Below, piece by piece: positions 46,318 to 55,592 of a DNA stretch of 64,000 bases. Made by a program: the position numbers and the translations under genes. The notes under the pieces were generated by a model, which searched no databases, was not told the origin of the DNA, and saw only the letters and a list, made by a program, of their open reading frames with translations. The stretch is taken from positions 47,458 to 111,457 of IMG/VR virus record IMGVR_UViG_3300031521_000025; one strand, 5' to 3'. This stretch comes from a virus. Every line of letters starts with the position of its first letter. Within the stretch, counting starts at the first letter, position 1.

Positions 46318-47904
46318 ATGAATTATTTACCCCTTGTTCAAGTCCACATGCACACCAGTGGTTCTTTATTAGATGGTGTTGGAAGTATTAAAAGATATAT
46401 TCAAAAAGCTAAAGAATATAATCACCCAGCAATTTGTTGCACAGATCATGGAAATGCTATTTCTTTATATCAATTTTACAAAGAATGTAAAGAAGAAAAA
46501 ATTAAACCTATTTTAGGTTGCGAGTTTTATGTTACTCCTAATTTAGATGTTAAATTGCAAAACAAAAAAAGAGAAGTTATTGATAGAGATAAACATCTTA
46601 TCGTTTTAATAAAAAACGAACAAGGTTATAAAAACTTTTGTAAATTAATACATTTTTCTTTTGTAGATGGTTATTATTATAAGCCGAGAATAACTTTTGA
46701 TAAATTATGGGAAAACAAAGAAGGATTAGTTGTTTGTTCTGCTTGTGCCGCAGGTCCTATAAGTCAATTGATAACTAATGAAATGTTTAACGAAGCAGAT
46801 GAATGGTTTAAGAAATTTAAATCTGAATTTGGGGAAGATTTTTATGCAGAAATTCAATTAAATGAATTGGTTGGAAAAAAAGAAGAATTAGGTATTGATC
46901 AAAAAGAAATTAATGATTATATAATTAAATTAGCAAAAAAATATAAAGTTAAAACTATTGTTTCTGGAGATATTCATTACGCAGATCAAGAAGATTCTAA
47001 ATTGCAAGATATTGTAATTAATTGTATGCAAAGAAAAGATGGAGCTGCAACTGAAATGGGCCAATCTTTTATTCATGCAAGACGTTTATATTATCAATCA
47101 TCAGAAGATTTTTTTCTTTTTAATAAAGAATTTGAATATCATTATGATGAAGAGTTTTTGAAAGAATGTTTTGAAAATTCTTTAGAAATTGTAGATAAAT
47201 GTAATTTTGATTTTAAAACGAATGTAAATAATTACCCAAAATTTCCTTTACCTGAAGGCACAGATTTAAAAAAACATGTTACTAAGTTGGCTTTTAAAGG
47301 GTTGGAAAAATTATTAGAGATTCGTATTGAAAAAGGAGAAGAATTTAGTGATGAGTTTTTAGAACAATATGAAAAAAGAATAGAATACGAAATAAAAATA
47401 ATTGCAGATAAAGGATATTTGGATTACTTTCTCGTTTATCATGATATGATTAAATGGGCAAAAGAAAACGGACTTCAGGTAGGAATAGGGCGTGGTAGTG
47501 CTGCAGGATCTTTGTTGTCTTATTCATTGGGTATTATATCTCTTGATCCTATAGAACACGGGCTTTATTTCGAAAGATTTATGAACCCTGATAGAAATAG
47601 CCCCCCAGATATTGACTGTTTATTAGAAGACAGTTTAGTCTTATTACCAGATAATTCTTTTAAAAAAATTATTGACTTACAAATTGGAGATGAAGTACAA
47701 ACTAATGAAGGTGTTGCAATTGTTTTGTTGAAACAAAAAAGAAGCAAAAAAACAAAAGAAAAAATATTTGAAATTGAATCAGAAAAAGGGGGAATTTTAA
47801 GATTAAGTGAAGATCACATTATTCCTGTATTAAGAGAAAACGAAGGTTATAAAGAAATCAAAGTAAAAGATTTAAAAATTACTGATTTTTTAATAGGGAT
47901 TTAA
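46318..47904 (+). CDS. dnaE: DNA polymerase III alpha, N-terminal half (PHP + palm) fused to split-intein N-fragment (47617-47904, 95 aa)
   Basis: H.HT..SLLDG, TDHG, KPILGCE, YYKPRI, GRGSAAGSL, FERFMNP.R..PPDID then CLLEDS...LSEDH. Confidence 0.92.
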   Translation: MNYLPLVQVHMHTSGSLLDGVGSIKRYIQKAKEYNHPAICCTDHGNAISLYQFYKECKEEKIKPILGCEFYVTPNLDVKLQNKKREVIDRDKHLIVLIKNEQGYKNFCKLIHFSFVDGYYYKPRITFDKLWENKEGLVVCSACAAGPISQLITNEMFNEADEWFKKFKSEFGEDFYAEIQLNELVGKKEELGIDQKEINDYIIKLAKKYKVKTIVSGDIHYADQEDSKLQDIVINCMQRKDGAATEMGQSFIHARRLYYQSSEDFFLFNKEFEYHYDEEFLKECFENSLEIVDKCNFDFKTNVNNYPKFPLPEGTDLKKHVTKLAFKGLEKLLEIRIEKGEEFSDEFLEQYEKRIEYEIKIIADKGYLDYFLVYHDMIKWAKENGLQVGIGRGSAAGSLLSYSLGIISLDPIEHGLYFERFMNPDRNSPPDIDCLLEDSLVLLPDNSFKKIIDLQIGDEVQTNEGVAIVLLKQKRSKKTKEKIFEIESEKGGILRLSEDHIIPVLRENEGYKEIKVKDLKITDFLIGI

Positions 47905-48147
47905 CGTCATAATCTATAAATATACCAAAAAGATGATGTTAACGTAAGAACACTAAGGTCAGCAAAAGATGTATGGGAAAAAGATAGAAAAAGAAAAGTT
48001 GATATAATTAATGCTTTAAATTCAGAAGTAATTGTTATATGGGAAAATGATTGGAAAACAAAAAAAGAAGAAATAATAAATTATATAAAATATGTTGTAC
48101 AAAATAAAATCGATAAAGGAAATACAATCAGAAAAAAAACTTGTTGA
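47905..48147 (+). pseudogene. remnant of a Vsr-like homing endonuclease (C-terminal fragment, no start)
   Basis: Manual translation RHNL*IYQKDD...SAKDVWEKDRKRK...EVIVIWENDWK...* resembles the WH.NP..Y...A.EIW..D..R.....V.VIWE.DW tail of Vsr-like HENs. Confidence 0.75.
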
Positions 48148-50572
48148 TATTACTTTAAATAAAACTAATTTATTCTATGCAAAAAGTAAAGAAAGCAATC
48201 ATTGCTTTCTTGTACATAATTGCGATGTGTCTGAAAGAGAGCCAATCAGAAAATATTTTGAAGAAAAATATGGCAAAGAATCTGTATATGGTGTAATGAC
48301 TCAAACAGTATATCAAGTTAAATCTTCTTTACAAGACGCAAGTAGAGGTTTAGAAAAAGACACTTCTTTTCAGTCTACTTTAATGAGAGAAATTACTAAA
48401 TTACCTGAACTTGATGACGCTAAAAACATTAAAGAATATTTTGATAACTTAGCAAAGAATAATTCTTTATCAGATGCTTGTTATGATTGGTATACAGATA
48501 ATCAAGATACTATTTATTGGGCGGACAAATTAATGGGGCTAACAAAAAATGTTGGAACACATGCTGGAGGTATTGTTATTTCTCCAGGGCCAATATATGA
48601 TTATATTCCTGTTACAAAAGCTGGAAAAGAAATTGTAACAGCTTTTAGAGAGTCAGATGGTAGTGGTCATGATTTATCTGATTTAGGTTTATTAAAATGT
48701 GACATTCTTGGTCTTAAAACATTAAAAGTAATTAGAAGTTGTATAGATGATGTAAAAAAAGATTTAGATATTGATATTTCAGATTCTTTAAATTTTTTAG
48801 ATCTTAAAGATAAAAAACTTTATGAGAAATTTAATAAAGGAAACAATGTTGGTATTTTTCAAATGGATGGAGCTGCTCCTTCTTTTTTAATTAAAACAAT
48901 TAACCCTGATTGTTTTGAAGATATTAATGCTATTAACGCTATTAACAGACCTGGACCTTTAGAAACTTTCGGAAAAGTTTATGGACAATGGAAAAGATGG
49001 GAAAAAGAAGGAAATGAAGTTGAGTTAGCTAAAATTGAAAACGAAAGATATCCTTTTGAATTTATGAAAAGCTCTTTGTCTGATACTTACGGATGTTTAC
49101 TTTATCAAGAAAGTCTGATGTTAATGGTGTGTGAAATAGCTGGTTTTAATATGGGAGAAGCTGATACTTTAAGAAGAGCAATTGGTTGGCCAAAATCACA
49201 TCCTAAATATTATACTGTAGAAAAGTTATTTACTAAGCTAGAAGAAGGGATATTAAAAAAAGGATATTCACAAGATGACTCTGAGTTGTTTTTAGAATAT
49301 TGTCGCAAGTTTTCAGGCTATTCTTTTAACAAATCACATTGTGCTTGCTATTCTTATACTGCTATGCAAACATTGTGGTTGAAAGTTTATTATCCTGAAT
49401 ATTTTTATGCTAACTTACTAAACGTTGAACCATTTGAAAATTATCAAAATATAGTAGCTGACGCAATTTCAAATGGAATTAAAATTTTATTCCCAGCCAT
49501 CAACAAAGCTTCTTATAACTTCAAAGCAGAAAAAGGAGCAGTAAGAATAGGATTTAAAGCTTTAAAAGGATTTGGTGATGCAGCCCAGGAAGAATTGTTG
49601 TCAATGAATCTTACTCAATATGAAAATATATATGATATATTAGCATTACCTTTCAAGAAAGTAAATTCTGCAGCGTTTCAATGCCTTATTGATTGCGGAG
49701 CATTTGATGAATTTGGAATAGAAAGAGAAAAGATTGAAGTTGTAAGAAATCTTTATAAAGACCCACAAGTTCAAAAATGGTTTACTAGAGAAAAAGGATA
49801 TTTAGATATTGCAACTATACCTGAAATGTTACTTCAAGTTAAAGAAGAAAAACTATTAGAGGTAATTGAAGAATTAAAACCTTTAGAAGTAAAAAGAAGA
49901 CGAATGATTCAAGATTTACAAATTGAAAACGCTATAAATCTTTTATATGATAAATATTCTGAAATTGCAACAAAAGAGCAAATTAAAACTGCAGTAGATA
50001 CTTTAGAAGATGTTAAAATTACTGCAAAAAAGGCGTTTAAATTGATTGGAATTGAATTAAGTAATATTGGAGTAGATACGCAAGAGTTAATTGATTATTT
50101 AACGTCTATGAAAGATTCTATTGAAGAAATAGATGAAGACCTTTTACCAAAACCTTGGATTGAAATGGTAAATAGAATAATTCCTTATGTTACCTTCAAG
50201 CCATTAACAGAAAAACAAAAGGACGACAAACTTGAAAAAATATTAGGGTTTTCTTTAACATTAGTAAATAACTTAAGTAAACTTATTTTTCTATCTGAAC
50301 AATATCCAGATTTAAACCTTAAAAGTTTATCAAGTCACTCAGACGAAAATGATTTATGCTATTGGTATTTAATGGATAAAACCACTTTAAAAACTAAAAC
50401 AGGTAAAGACTATTGGGTGTTAAAAATTACAGATGGTGTATCAACAGTTAACGCTAAATGTTGGGAAAAGATAGATTTTAAAAAAGATGAAGCTTATGTT
50501 TCTCATTTAAAAAAAGACCAATGGGGTCATATGATTAAAATAGATGAATATTTAAATCAAATAGAGATGTAA
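48092..50572 (+). CDS. dnaE: DNA polymerase III alpha, C-terminal half with split-intein C-fragment (48092-48220, 43 aa)
   Basis: LVDITL...LFYA...FLVHN|CD; HAGG, LLK.DILGL, GIFQ, RPGP, YQE, GYSFNKSH and OB-fold end. Confidence 0.92.
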   Translation: MLYKIKSIKEIQSEKKLVDITLNKTNLFYAKSKESNHCFLVHNCDVSEREPIRKYFEEKYGKESVYGVMTQTVYQVKSSLQDASRGLEKDTSFQSTLMREITKLPELDDAKNIKEYFDNLAKNNSLSDACYDWYTDNQDTIYWADKLMGLTKNVGTHAGGIVISPGPIYDYIPVTKAGKEIVTAFRESDGSGHDLSDLGLLKCDILGLKTLKVIRSCIDDVKKDLDIDISDSLNFLDLKDKKLYEKFNKGNNVGIFQMDGAAPSFLIKTINPDCFEDINAINAINRPGPLETFGKVYGQWKRWEKEGNEVELAKIENERYPFEFMKSSLSDTYGCLLYQESLMLMVCEIAGFNMGEADTLRRAIGWPKSHPKYYTVEKLFTKLEEGILKKGYSQDDSELFLEYCRKFSGYSFNKSHCACYSYTAMQTLWLKVYYPEYFYANLLNVEPFENYQNIVADAISNGIKILFPAINKASYNFKAEKGAVRIGFKALKGFGDAAQEELLSMNLTQYENIYDILALPFKKVNSAAFQCLIDCGAFDEFGIEREKIEVVRNLYKDPQVQKWFTREKGYLDIATIPEMLLQVKEEKLLEVIEELKPLEVKRRRMIQDLQIENAINLLYDKYSEIATKEQIKTAVDTLEDVKITAKKAFKLIGIELSNIGVDTQELIDYLTSMKDSIEEIDEDLLPKPWIEMVNRIIPYVTFKPLTEKQKDDKLEKILGFSLTLVNNLSKLIFLSEQYPDLNLKSLSSHSDENDLCYWYLMDKTTLKTKTGKDYWVLKITDGVSTVNAKCWEKIDFKKDEAYVSHLKKDQWGHMIKIDEYLNQIEM

Positions 50573-50588
50573 TCAAAAACATATAACT

Positions 50589-50625
50589 AAAAAAGGAAGT
50601 AATTAATTTTATTTCCTTTTTTTTT
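50589..50625 (+). terminator. intrinsic terminator
   Basis: AAAAAAGGAAGTAA...TTATTTCCTTTTTTTTT. Confidence 0.7.
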
Positions 50626-50693
50626 GCTTTTTTAGTTGGTTTGTATTAATATAGTTTGTATATTTAGATGTAAATTAGAAATAAACTTGTTGT

Positions 50694-51212
50694 ATGGAAA
50701 TTGAGATTATAAATAAAGTAGCTTATTATAAAGCTTTAGCTGAAAAAGCATATAACATTTATTTTTCGATAAAAGAAATTAAATTTAATTTATCAGGAAA
50801 AATTGCAGGGCAAGCTATATGTGAATTTGGAAATTATTTTTTAAAATTCAATTCTTCAATTTATAACAATCCAATTAACAGTAATAACTTTCTTGAAACT
50901 ACTATACCTCATGAAATTGCTCATTTAGTAGTTTTTGAATTAACTAAAAGAAAAATATTTATTAACCCAGCGCCTCACAGAAAAGAATGGAAACAAGTAA
51001 TGGAGGTTTTAAAAGCTCCAATTAAAATTACTCATAATTTCAATTTAGAGTTATCTAACGCTACTGAAAAAATGTTTGTTTACAAATGTGCATGCAAAAC
51101 ACATTATTTATCTAAAATAAGGCACAATAAAATAGAAAGAGGGTATGACTATTTTTGTAAAGATTGTCGTACAAAAATTTCTTTTATGAATAAAACAGAA
51201 ACCCATATATAA
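50694..51212 (+). CDS. SprT-like zinc metalloprotease
   Basis: AG.A, TIPHEIAH, PH..EWK.VM, Y.C.C...Y.C..C. Confidence 0.88.
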   Translation: MEIEIINKVAYYKALAEKAYNIYFSIKEIKFNLSGKIAGQAICEFGNYFLKFNSSIYNNPINSNNFLETTIPHEIAHLVVFELTKRKIFINPAPHRKEWKQVMEVLKAPIKITHNFNLELSNATEKMFVYKCACKTHYLSKIRHNKIERGYDYFCKDCRTKISFMNKTETHI

Positions 51213-51240
51213 AAAAAGGAATCTAAAAAAGATTCCTTTA
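51211..51240. terminator. bidirectional terminator
   Basis: AAAGGAATC-loop-GATTCCTTT between convergent units. Confidence 0.75.
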
Positions 51241-51243
51241 AAT

Positions 51244-51438
51244 ATTAATTAACTTTACCCTTAAATCAAGTTCCGAGGGATTCCAACCCTCATCTTCCTT
51301 AAACTAAAGGTGCTTTGTCATTAAGCTATAAACGAAAGCTTGAAGTTTGAATAATAGCATCCCCATCCTAGGGTGAACACGTAGTTCTCATATTGTAGGT
51401 CTCGACTCTACTATACTTTATCAGGTTTTTAATTAATT
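51244..51438 (-). ncRNA. putative structured ncRNA containing a degenerate tRNA-like cloverleaf (about 51266-51343)
   Basis: Minus strand reads TA-GCTT-AATGACA-AAGC (D arm), CCTT-TAGTTT-AAGG, AAGAT, GAGGG-TTGGAAT-CCCTC (T arm), preceded by three further hairpins. It is a GC-enriched non-coding island. Confidence 0.55.
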
Positions 51439-51441
51439 TTT

Positions 51442-52299
51442 TCAATATCCAGGTTTATAATCTAAAACTTCATAATCTTCGTCTTTTTGAGTAGGATGAA
51501 ATACATTATTTGTTTTTTGTTCGCTAAGATCAACAGTTGCTTCTTCAATTAAAATTGCAGAATCTCTAGATTTTTCAACAATAGAAAATGTAAATTTATT
51601 AGGTCTTTCTCTTTTTTGAACATCTTTTGAATCACGAATATAAGCCCATAATTCAAGGTCAGAAGTTAATGTATAATAATTTTTTCCAGTATCTCCTCTT
51701 TTGGTTACTTCTAAAGTGCAAATTTTTAAAGGATCGGCTGCTTGTAAATGAAACTTTTCTCTATCTAAAGTAACTACAACTCTTTTGTTTTCAAAATATT
51801 TTAACATCTGCTCTTCGTATTGATTAGCATATTCTCTTAAAGTTGTTATAAATTTTATAGTGTAAAAAACTTTTAAAAACTTAGGAGCTTTAGTAACATA
51901 TTCATTATAAACTACACCTTGCGCTTTTTGAACAGGTTCTACATAAATAACTTTTTTATAAGAAGGGTTTGTTCTAAAAAGCATTTCATCATTAGTTCTC
52001 CAACAAGTAAAATATGGTAATTTTAAATATTCAGTAAAATCATCAAATTTATCAGGATGGTCGTTTCTTAAAGAAGCTATTTCTGCATCTAACAGAATCA
52101 ATTCAACAGGTTCATTTGCAACAGTAAATTTATTGTGAAAAGTTCTATAAATACATTCATCTAAATTTTCTAATGTAATAGTTCTTAACACAAAATTAGT
52201 ATGTTCATCTACGTTATGTGATGGGTTGTTAGGTGCAGAAAGGTTATCACTAATATCTGTATTTACACGACCATATTTATCTTTTTTTCTTAAACTCAT
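51442..52299 (-). CDS. tail terminator / sheath-stabiliser-like protein (T4 gp15-like)
   Basis: ITLENLDECI...PV...LP pattern; directly downstream of the neck gene. Confidence 0.55.
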   Translation of the reverse strand: MSLRKKDKYGRVNTDISDNLSAPNNPSHNVDEHTNFVLRTITLENLDECIYRTFHNKFTVANEPVELILLDAEIASLRNDHPDKFDDFTEYLKLPYFTCWRTNDEMLFRTNPSYKKVIYVEPVQKAQGVVYNEYVTKAPKFLKVFYTIKFITTLREYANQYEEQMLKYFENKRVVVTLDREKFHLQAADPLKICTLEVTKRGDTGKNYYTLTSDLELWAYIRDSKDVQKRERPNKFTFSIVEKSRDSAILIEEATVDLSEQKTNNVFHPTQKDEDYEVLDYKPGY

Positions 52300-52318
52300 T
52301 TTAAGTATATTTATTTAA

Positions 52319-53419
52319 CTATCCAACAAAAATCAGACGAGGTGACAGTGAGTTAATCTTAGCTCCATTTTCAGCAATATTTTTTTTACTTTCCATAATA
52401 CTCTCATAATCAATAGCTTTTAACAAGGCATCCAGTTCTTCATATAATTTTTCAATTTCCTCTTTTGATTCGTCCAATAAAGATTGATAATCAAATTCAA
52501 CTTGATAATCTGAATCAGGAGATGCAATTTTTTTTACAGCCCTTAATTTAGAACCAAACATGTATTTAGCTAATGCAACTGTATAATCTAATAACCAATC
52601 TTTAGAAACTGTATTTAAAGAAGAATAAGGAACTACTTGAGTTTGAACTTGAGTAGGGTTACTAATTAAAACATGATCTGCATCTTGGCCTTCTAATCCT
52701 AAAAAATCTATTTCATCAAAATAATAATAATAAATTCTTGTTCCAGCAGGAGCTAAACTAAAAGGTCTTCCAGGCATTGGTGTTAACTCAACCATATCTC
52801 CTGAAATATTATAGAAAAATTCGCTTTTTAAAACTTTATTTCTCATTTCTATAGATTGTCCTAATAAAACTACATCAAAGATGTTTCCTAAATAAGACAT
52901 CATACTATTTCCATACATTAGTCCATTTAAAGAAAAAGTTGTAAGCCCACCATCTATTTGACCTGGTTCTAAACCTGGCATTCCCATGATTTCTGGTTTA
53001 GCAACCCACATTATTTTATGAATTCTTCTTGTTCCAGGACGATAAGGGATATTTGAATCTACAGATAAGTCATAAACTTGTCTCATTTCTGTAATTGTAA
53101 AAAAATCTTGCTTCCATTTAGTTTTTCCACCAACTCTTGCCATAGAAGCAAACCAATCACTTACTTTTTGAGCTAGCCCAAAGTTTTCAGTTATAAATTT
53201 TCTTGTAAAATCAATATTAGCTGGTTGACCTAATATGTTTCCAAAGTCATTTCTAATTTGCCAGTTGTCAATATAACGTAAAAATTTAGTTAAAGCTCTT
53301 CTTAAAAGAATTTTAATTTCCTTTTCTTCAATATTTACATCTACTTCTTCTCCTCCGAGCAATACAACAACATATTCGTAAATTTCCTTAATCTCTTCAT
53401 TTGTAGCATCTACTAACAT
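52319..53419 (-). CDS. neck / head-tail adaptor protein (T4 gp13-like)
   Basis: YV...LGG..VDVNI, QVYDL, W..DY..ALAK...G..R...K, L..E.K.E...L..EL. Confidence 0.7.
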   Translation of the reverse strand: MLVDATNEEIKEIYEYVVVLLGGEEVDVNIEEKEIKILLRRALTKFLRYIDNWQIRNDFGNILGQPANIDFTRKFITENFGLAQKVSDWFASMARVGGKTKWKQDFFTITEMRQVYDLSVDSNIPYRPGTRRIHKIMWVAKPEIMGMPGLEPGQIDGGLTTFSLNGLMYGNSMMSYLGNIFDVVLLGQSIEMRNKVLKSEFFYNISGDMVELTPMPGRPFSLAPAGTRIYYYYFDEIDFLGLEGQDADHVLISNPTQVQTQVVPYSSLNTVSKDWLLDYTVALAKYMFGSKLRAVKKIASPDSDYQVEFDYQSLLDESKEEIEKLYEELDALLKAIDYESIMESKKNIAENGAKINSLSPRLIFVG

Positions 53420-53529
53420 TTTATTTTGTTTTAAAGTTATTGTTTTTTTTATAAATACAAAAAAACATATTTATTATTTTGTTTTGTGTTTATATTTTAT
53501 GTATTTTTATTTTTTAAATAACATAAGAG

Positions 53530-54057
53530 ATGAAAAAATCGGCAGATGTAACAAAATACGAACCACAATGGCAAATTATTAGGTCTATTGTTAAAGGGAA
53601 ATACAATAATAATTTAGATGAAAAGTTTTCTTTAGTTGAAAATTATTTCAAACAAACTTATTCTTATGATAGATGGGAAAGAGTATATAATTGGTCTGAA
53701 GGTTTGCAAAGAGGTTTTAGAAATAAAAATGAAGAAAAAGTAGGCTATATACAAGAAAAATTAGATTACTTAATGTCTTTGAAACCAGACGAAAGTAATA
53801 TTTGTCATAATCTTAATTATGAAATTTTAAATAATTACAGCAATGATGTTTTGATAAATTTATTTAAAGATTTGTTAAAAAGAAATATTACTTGGTTACA
53901 AGGAGGATATTTAAACAAAGAATTAAATGAATTTATTGATATTGTTTTATATTATATTAAAGATAAAAATAAAATAGAAAAACAAATAATTTCTTTAAAT
54001 GAATTTAGAGAATACTCTAAGACAGTAAAATGTACTTATAAATTTGTTTTTTATTAA
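53530..54057 (+). CDS. hypothetical protein
   Basis: 175-aa ORF preceding the kinase/dpdA cluster. Confidence 0.65.
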   Translation: MKKSADVTKYEPQWQIIRSIVKGKYNNNLDEKFSLVENYFKQTYSYDRWERVYNWSEGLQRGFRNKNEEKVGYIQEKLDYLMSLKPDESNICHNLNYEILNNYSNDVLINLFKDLLKRNITWLQGGYLNKELNEFIDIVLYYIKDKNKIEKQIISLNEFREYSKTVKCTYKFVFY

Positions 54058-54157
54058 TAAGTGAATATTTATCTTCTTTTTTTTGTTTTATATAATTATT
54101 TTAAGTATCTTTATCTTATCAAGTTACAAATAAATTTCTTATTTTAAATATAAAAAG

Positions 54158-54694
54158 ATGAAAGAAACAAAAATAGCTATTATTGGATCGCATTCATGTG
54201 GAAAAACAACCGTAACTAATGCATTAAAACAAAAAGAAGAGTTAAAAGATTACGTTTTTATTGATGAAATTGTAAGAACTTTAGCTAAACAAGGTGTAAA
54301 AATAAATAAAGGAGCAGATCATGCATCGCAAACTCGCATTTTAGAGGAACATTACAAAAATATATTTAAATATTCAAATTTTGTAACAGATCGAAGTGCA
54401 ATAGATGCTTTTACATATGCAACCTGGGATTATTTACATGGAAATTTTACATATGAAGAGCATAAAACCCATGAAAGAATATTTTTAGATTGTATTAATT
54501 CATATAGTTATGTTTTTTACATTCCTATTGAGTTTGATATTGTTCCAGATGGGTTTAGAAATACAGAAAAAGACTACCAAAAAGAAATTGATGAATTATT
54601 TGTAAAAATTATTCAAAAATATAATATTAAAACAACAAGATTGACAGGAACTTGTGAAAATAGAGTTAGACAATTTTGCGAAAACTTAAAATAA
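54158..54694 (+). CDS. AAA_28 / NadR-like nucleotide kinase
   Basis: IAIIGSHSCGKTT, E..R, VTDRS.ID, DG.R. Confidence 0.82.
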   Translation: MKETKIAIIGSHSCGKTTVTNALKQKEELKDYVFIDEIVRTLAKQGVKINKGADHASQTRILEEHYKNIFKYSNFVTDRSAIDAFTYATWDYLHGNFTYEEHKTHERIFLDCINSYSYVFYIPIEFDIVPDGFRNTEKDYQKEIDELFVKIIQKYNIKTTRLTGTCENRVRQFCENLK

Positions 54695-54695
54695 G

Positions 54696-54785
54696 ATGAA
54701 AAAAATAATAAAAAGCATTAAAGGTTATTTTAAATCATTCAAGAAAGTAAAAACCACTAAACATTTTAGAGAAGTAAGAATATGA
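54696..54785 (+). CDS. 29-aa basic peptide (not in track)
   Basis: MKKIIKSIKGYFKSFKKVKTTKHFREVRI*; exactly fills the gap and overlaps the dpdA start by ATGA. Confidence 0.4.
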   Translation: MKKIIKSIKGYFKSFKKVKTTKHFREVRI

Positions 54786-55582
54786 GTATTAAACTATCCC
54801 ACGAAGTTCCATTATGTATGTTAAAAGAAAGTAAATCTTTTAACGATTATGATTATGCATTAGTACATTTATTTGAAGAATGTCCTGATTATTATCAATT
54901 TTATAAAGATTCTGTAGAAGAAGGTCGTCATGTACTATTAGATAATAGTTTATTTGAGTTAGGAAAAGCTTTTGAAGAAGAAAGATTCTCGGAATGGGTA
55001 AAAAAATTAAAACCTACCGAATATATTATTCCAGATTCAATGAATAATGCAAAAGAAACAATTGACAATTTACATTCTTGGATGGCTAAATATAATAATT
55101 TACCAGGAAAGAAAATTGGAGTAGTTCAAGGCGCAGATTTTGAAGAAATGGTCATGTGTTATAAAGAATTAGCAAAACATGTAGATAAAATAGCAATTTC
55201 TTTTGGTTATAAATATTTTTCTCAAAACAATTTCAATATTGAAGGAAATAAATGGAAAATAATGTGTGATAATAGACAAAAGTTTATTGATACATTAATT
55301 GATTATGATATTATTGATAAATCGAAGCCACATCACCTCTTAGGTAATGCATTACCTATAGAATTTAAACATTATTCTTCTAAAAGATATAGTTTTATAG
55401 AAACAATTGATACAAGTAACCCTATTATACATGGAATTTTAAATATCAGGTATAAAGAAGATGGTCTTCAAGAAAAAGAATCTATAAAAATGGTAGAATT
55501 ATTTAATGCACAAATAACACCAGAACAAAAAGAAGTTATTAACTACAATATTAATAAATTTAGAGAAATAAACCATATCTAA
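54782..55582 (+). CDS. dpdA: TGT-fold DNA transglycosylase (DpdA-like)
   Basis: TIM-barrel motifs LLDNS.FE, IIPD, GVVQG, HHLLG, IDTS; queC and queD are in the same window. Confidence 0.72.
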   Translation: MSIKLSHEVPLCMLKESKSFNDYDYALVHLFEECPDYYQFYKDSVEEGRHVLLDNSLFELGKAFEEERFSEWVKKLKPTEYIIPDSMNNAKETIDNLHSWMAKYNNLPGKKIGVVQGADFEEMVMCYKELAKHVDKIAISFGYKYFSQNNFNIEGNKWKIMCDNRQKFIDTLIDYDIIDKSKPHHLLGNALPIEFKHYSSKRYSFIETIDTSNPIIHGILNIRYKEDGLQEKESIKMVELFNAQITPEQKEVINYNINKFREINHI

Positions 55583-55592
55583 AACCACATTT

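Noticed and set aside
47915-47922. T4 late promoter TATAAATA in the dnaE gap
   Set aside because: A single occurrence in very AT-rich DNA; this phage's recurrent motif is different and no gp55-like gene is seen in the window.
51380-51430. Hammerhead ribozyme suggested by CTGATAA on the minus strand
   Set aside because: The core deviates from CUGAnGA and there is no correctly placed GAAA.
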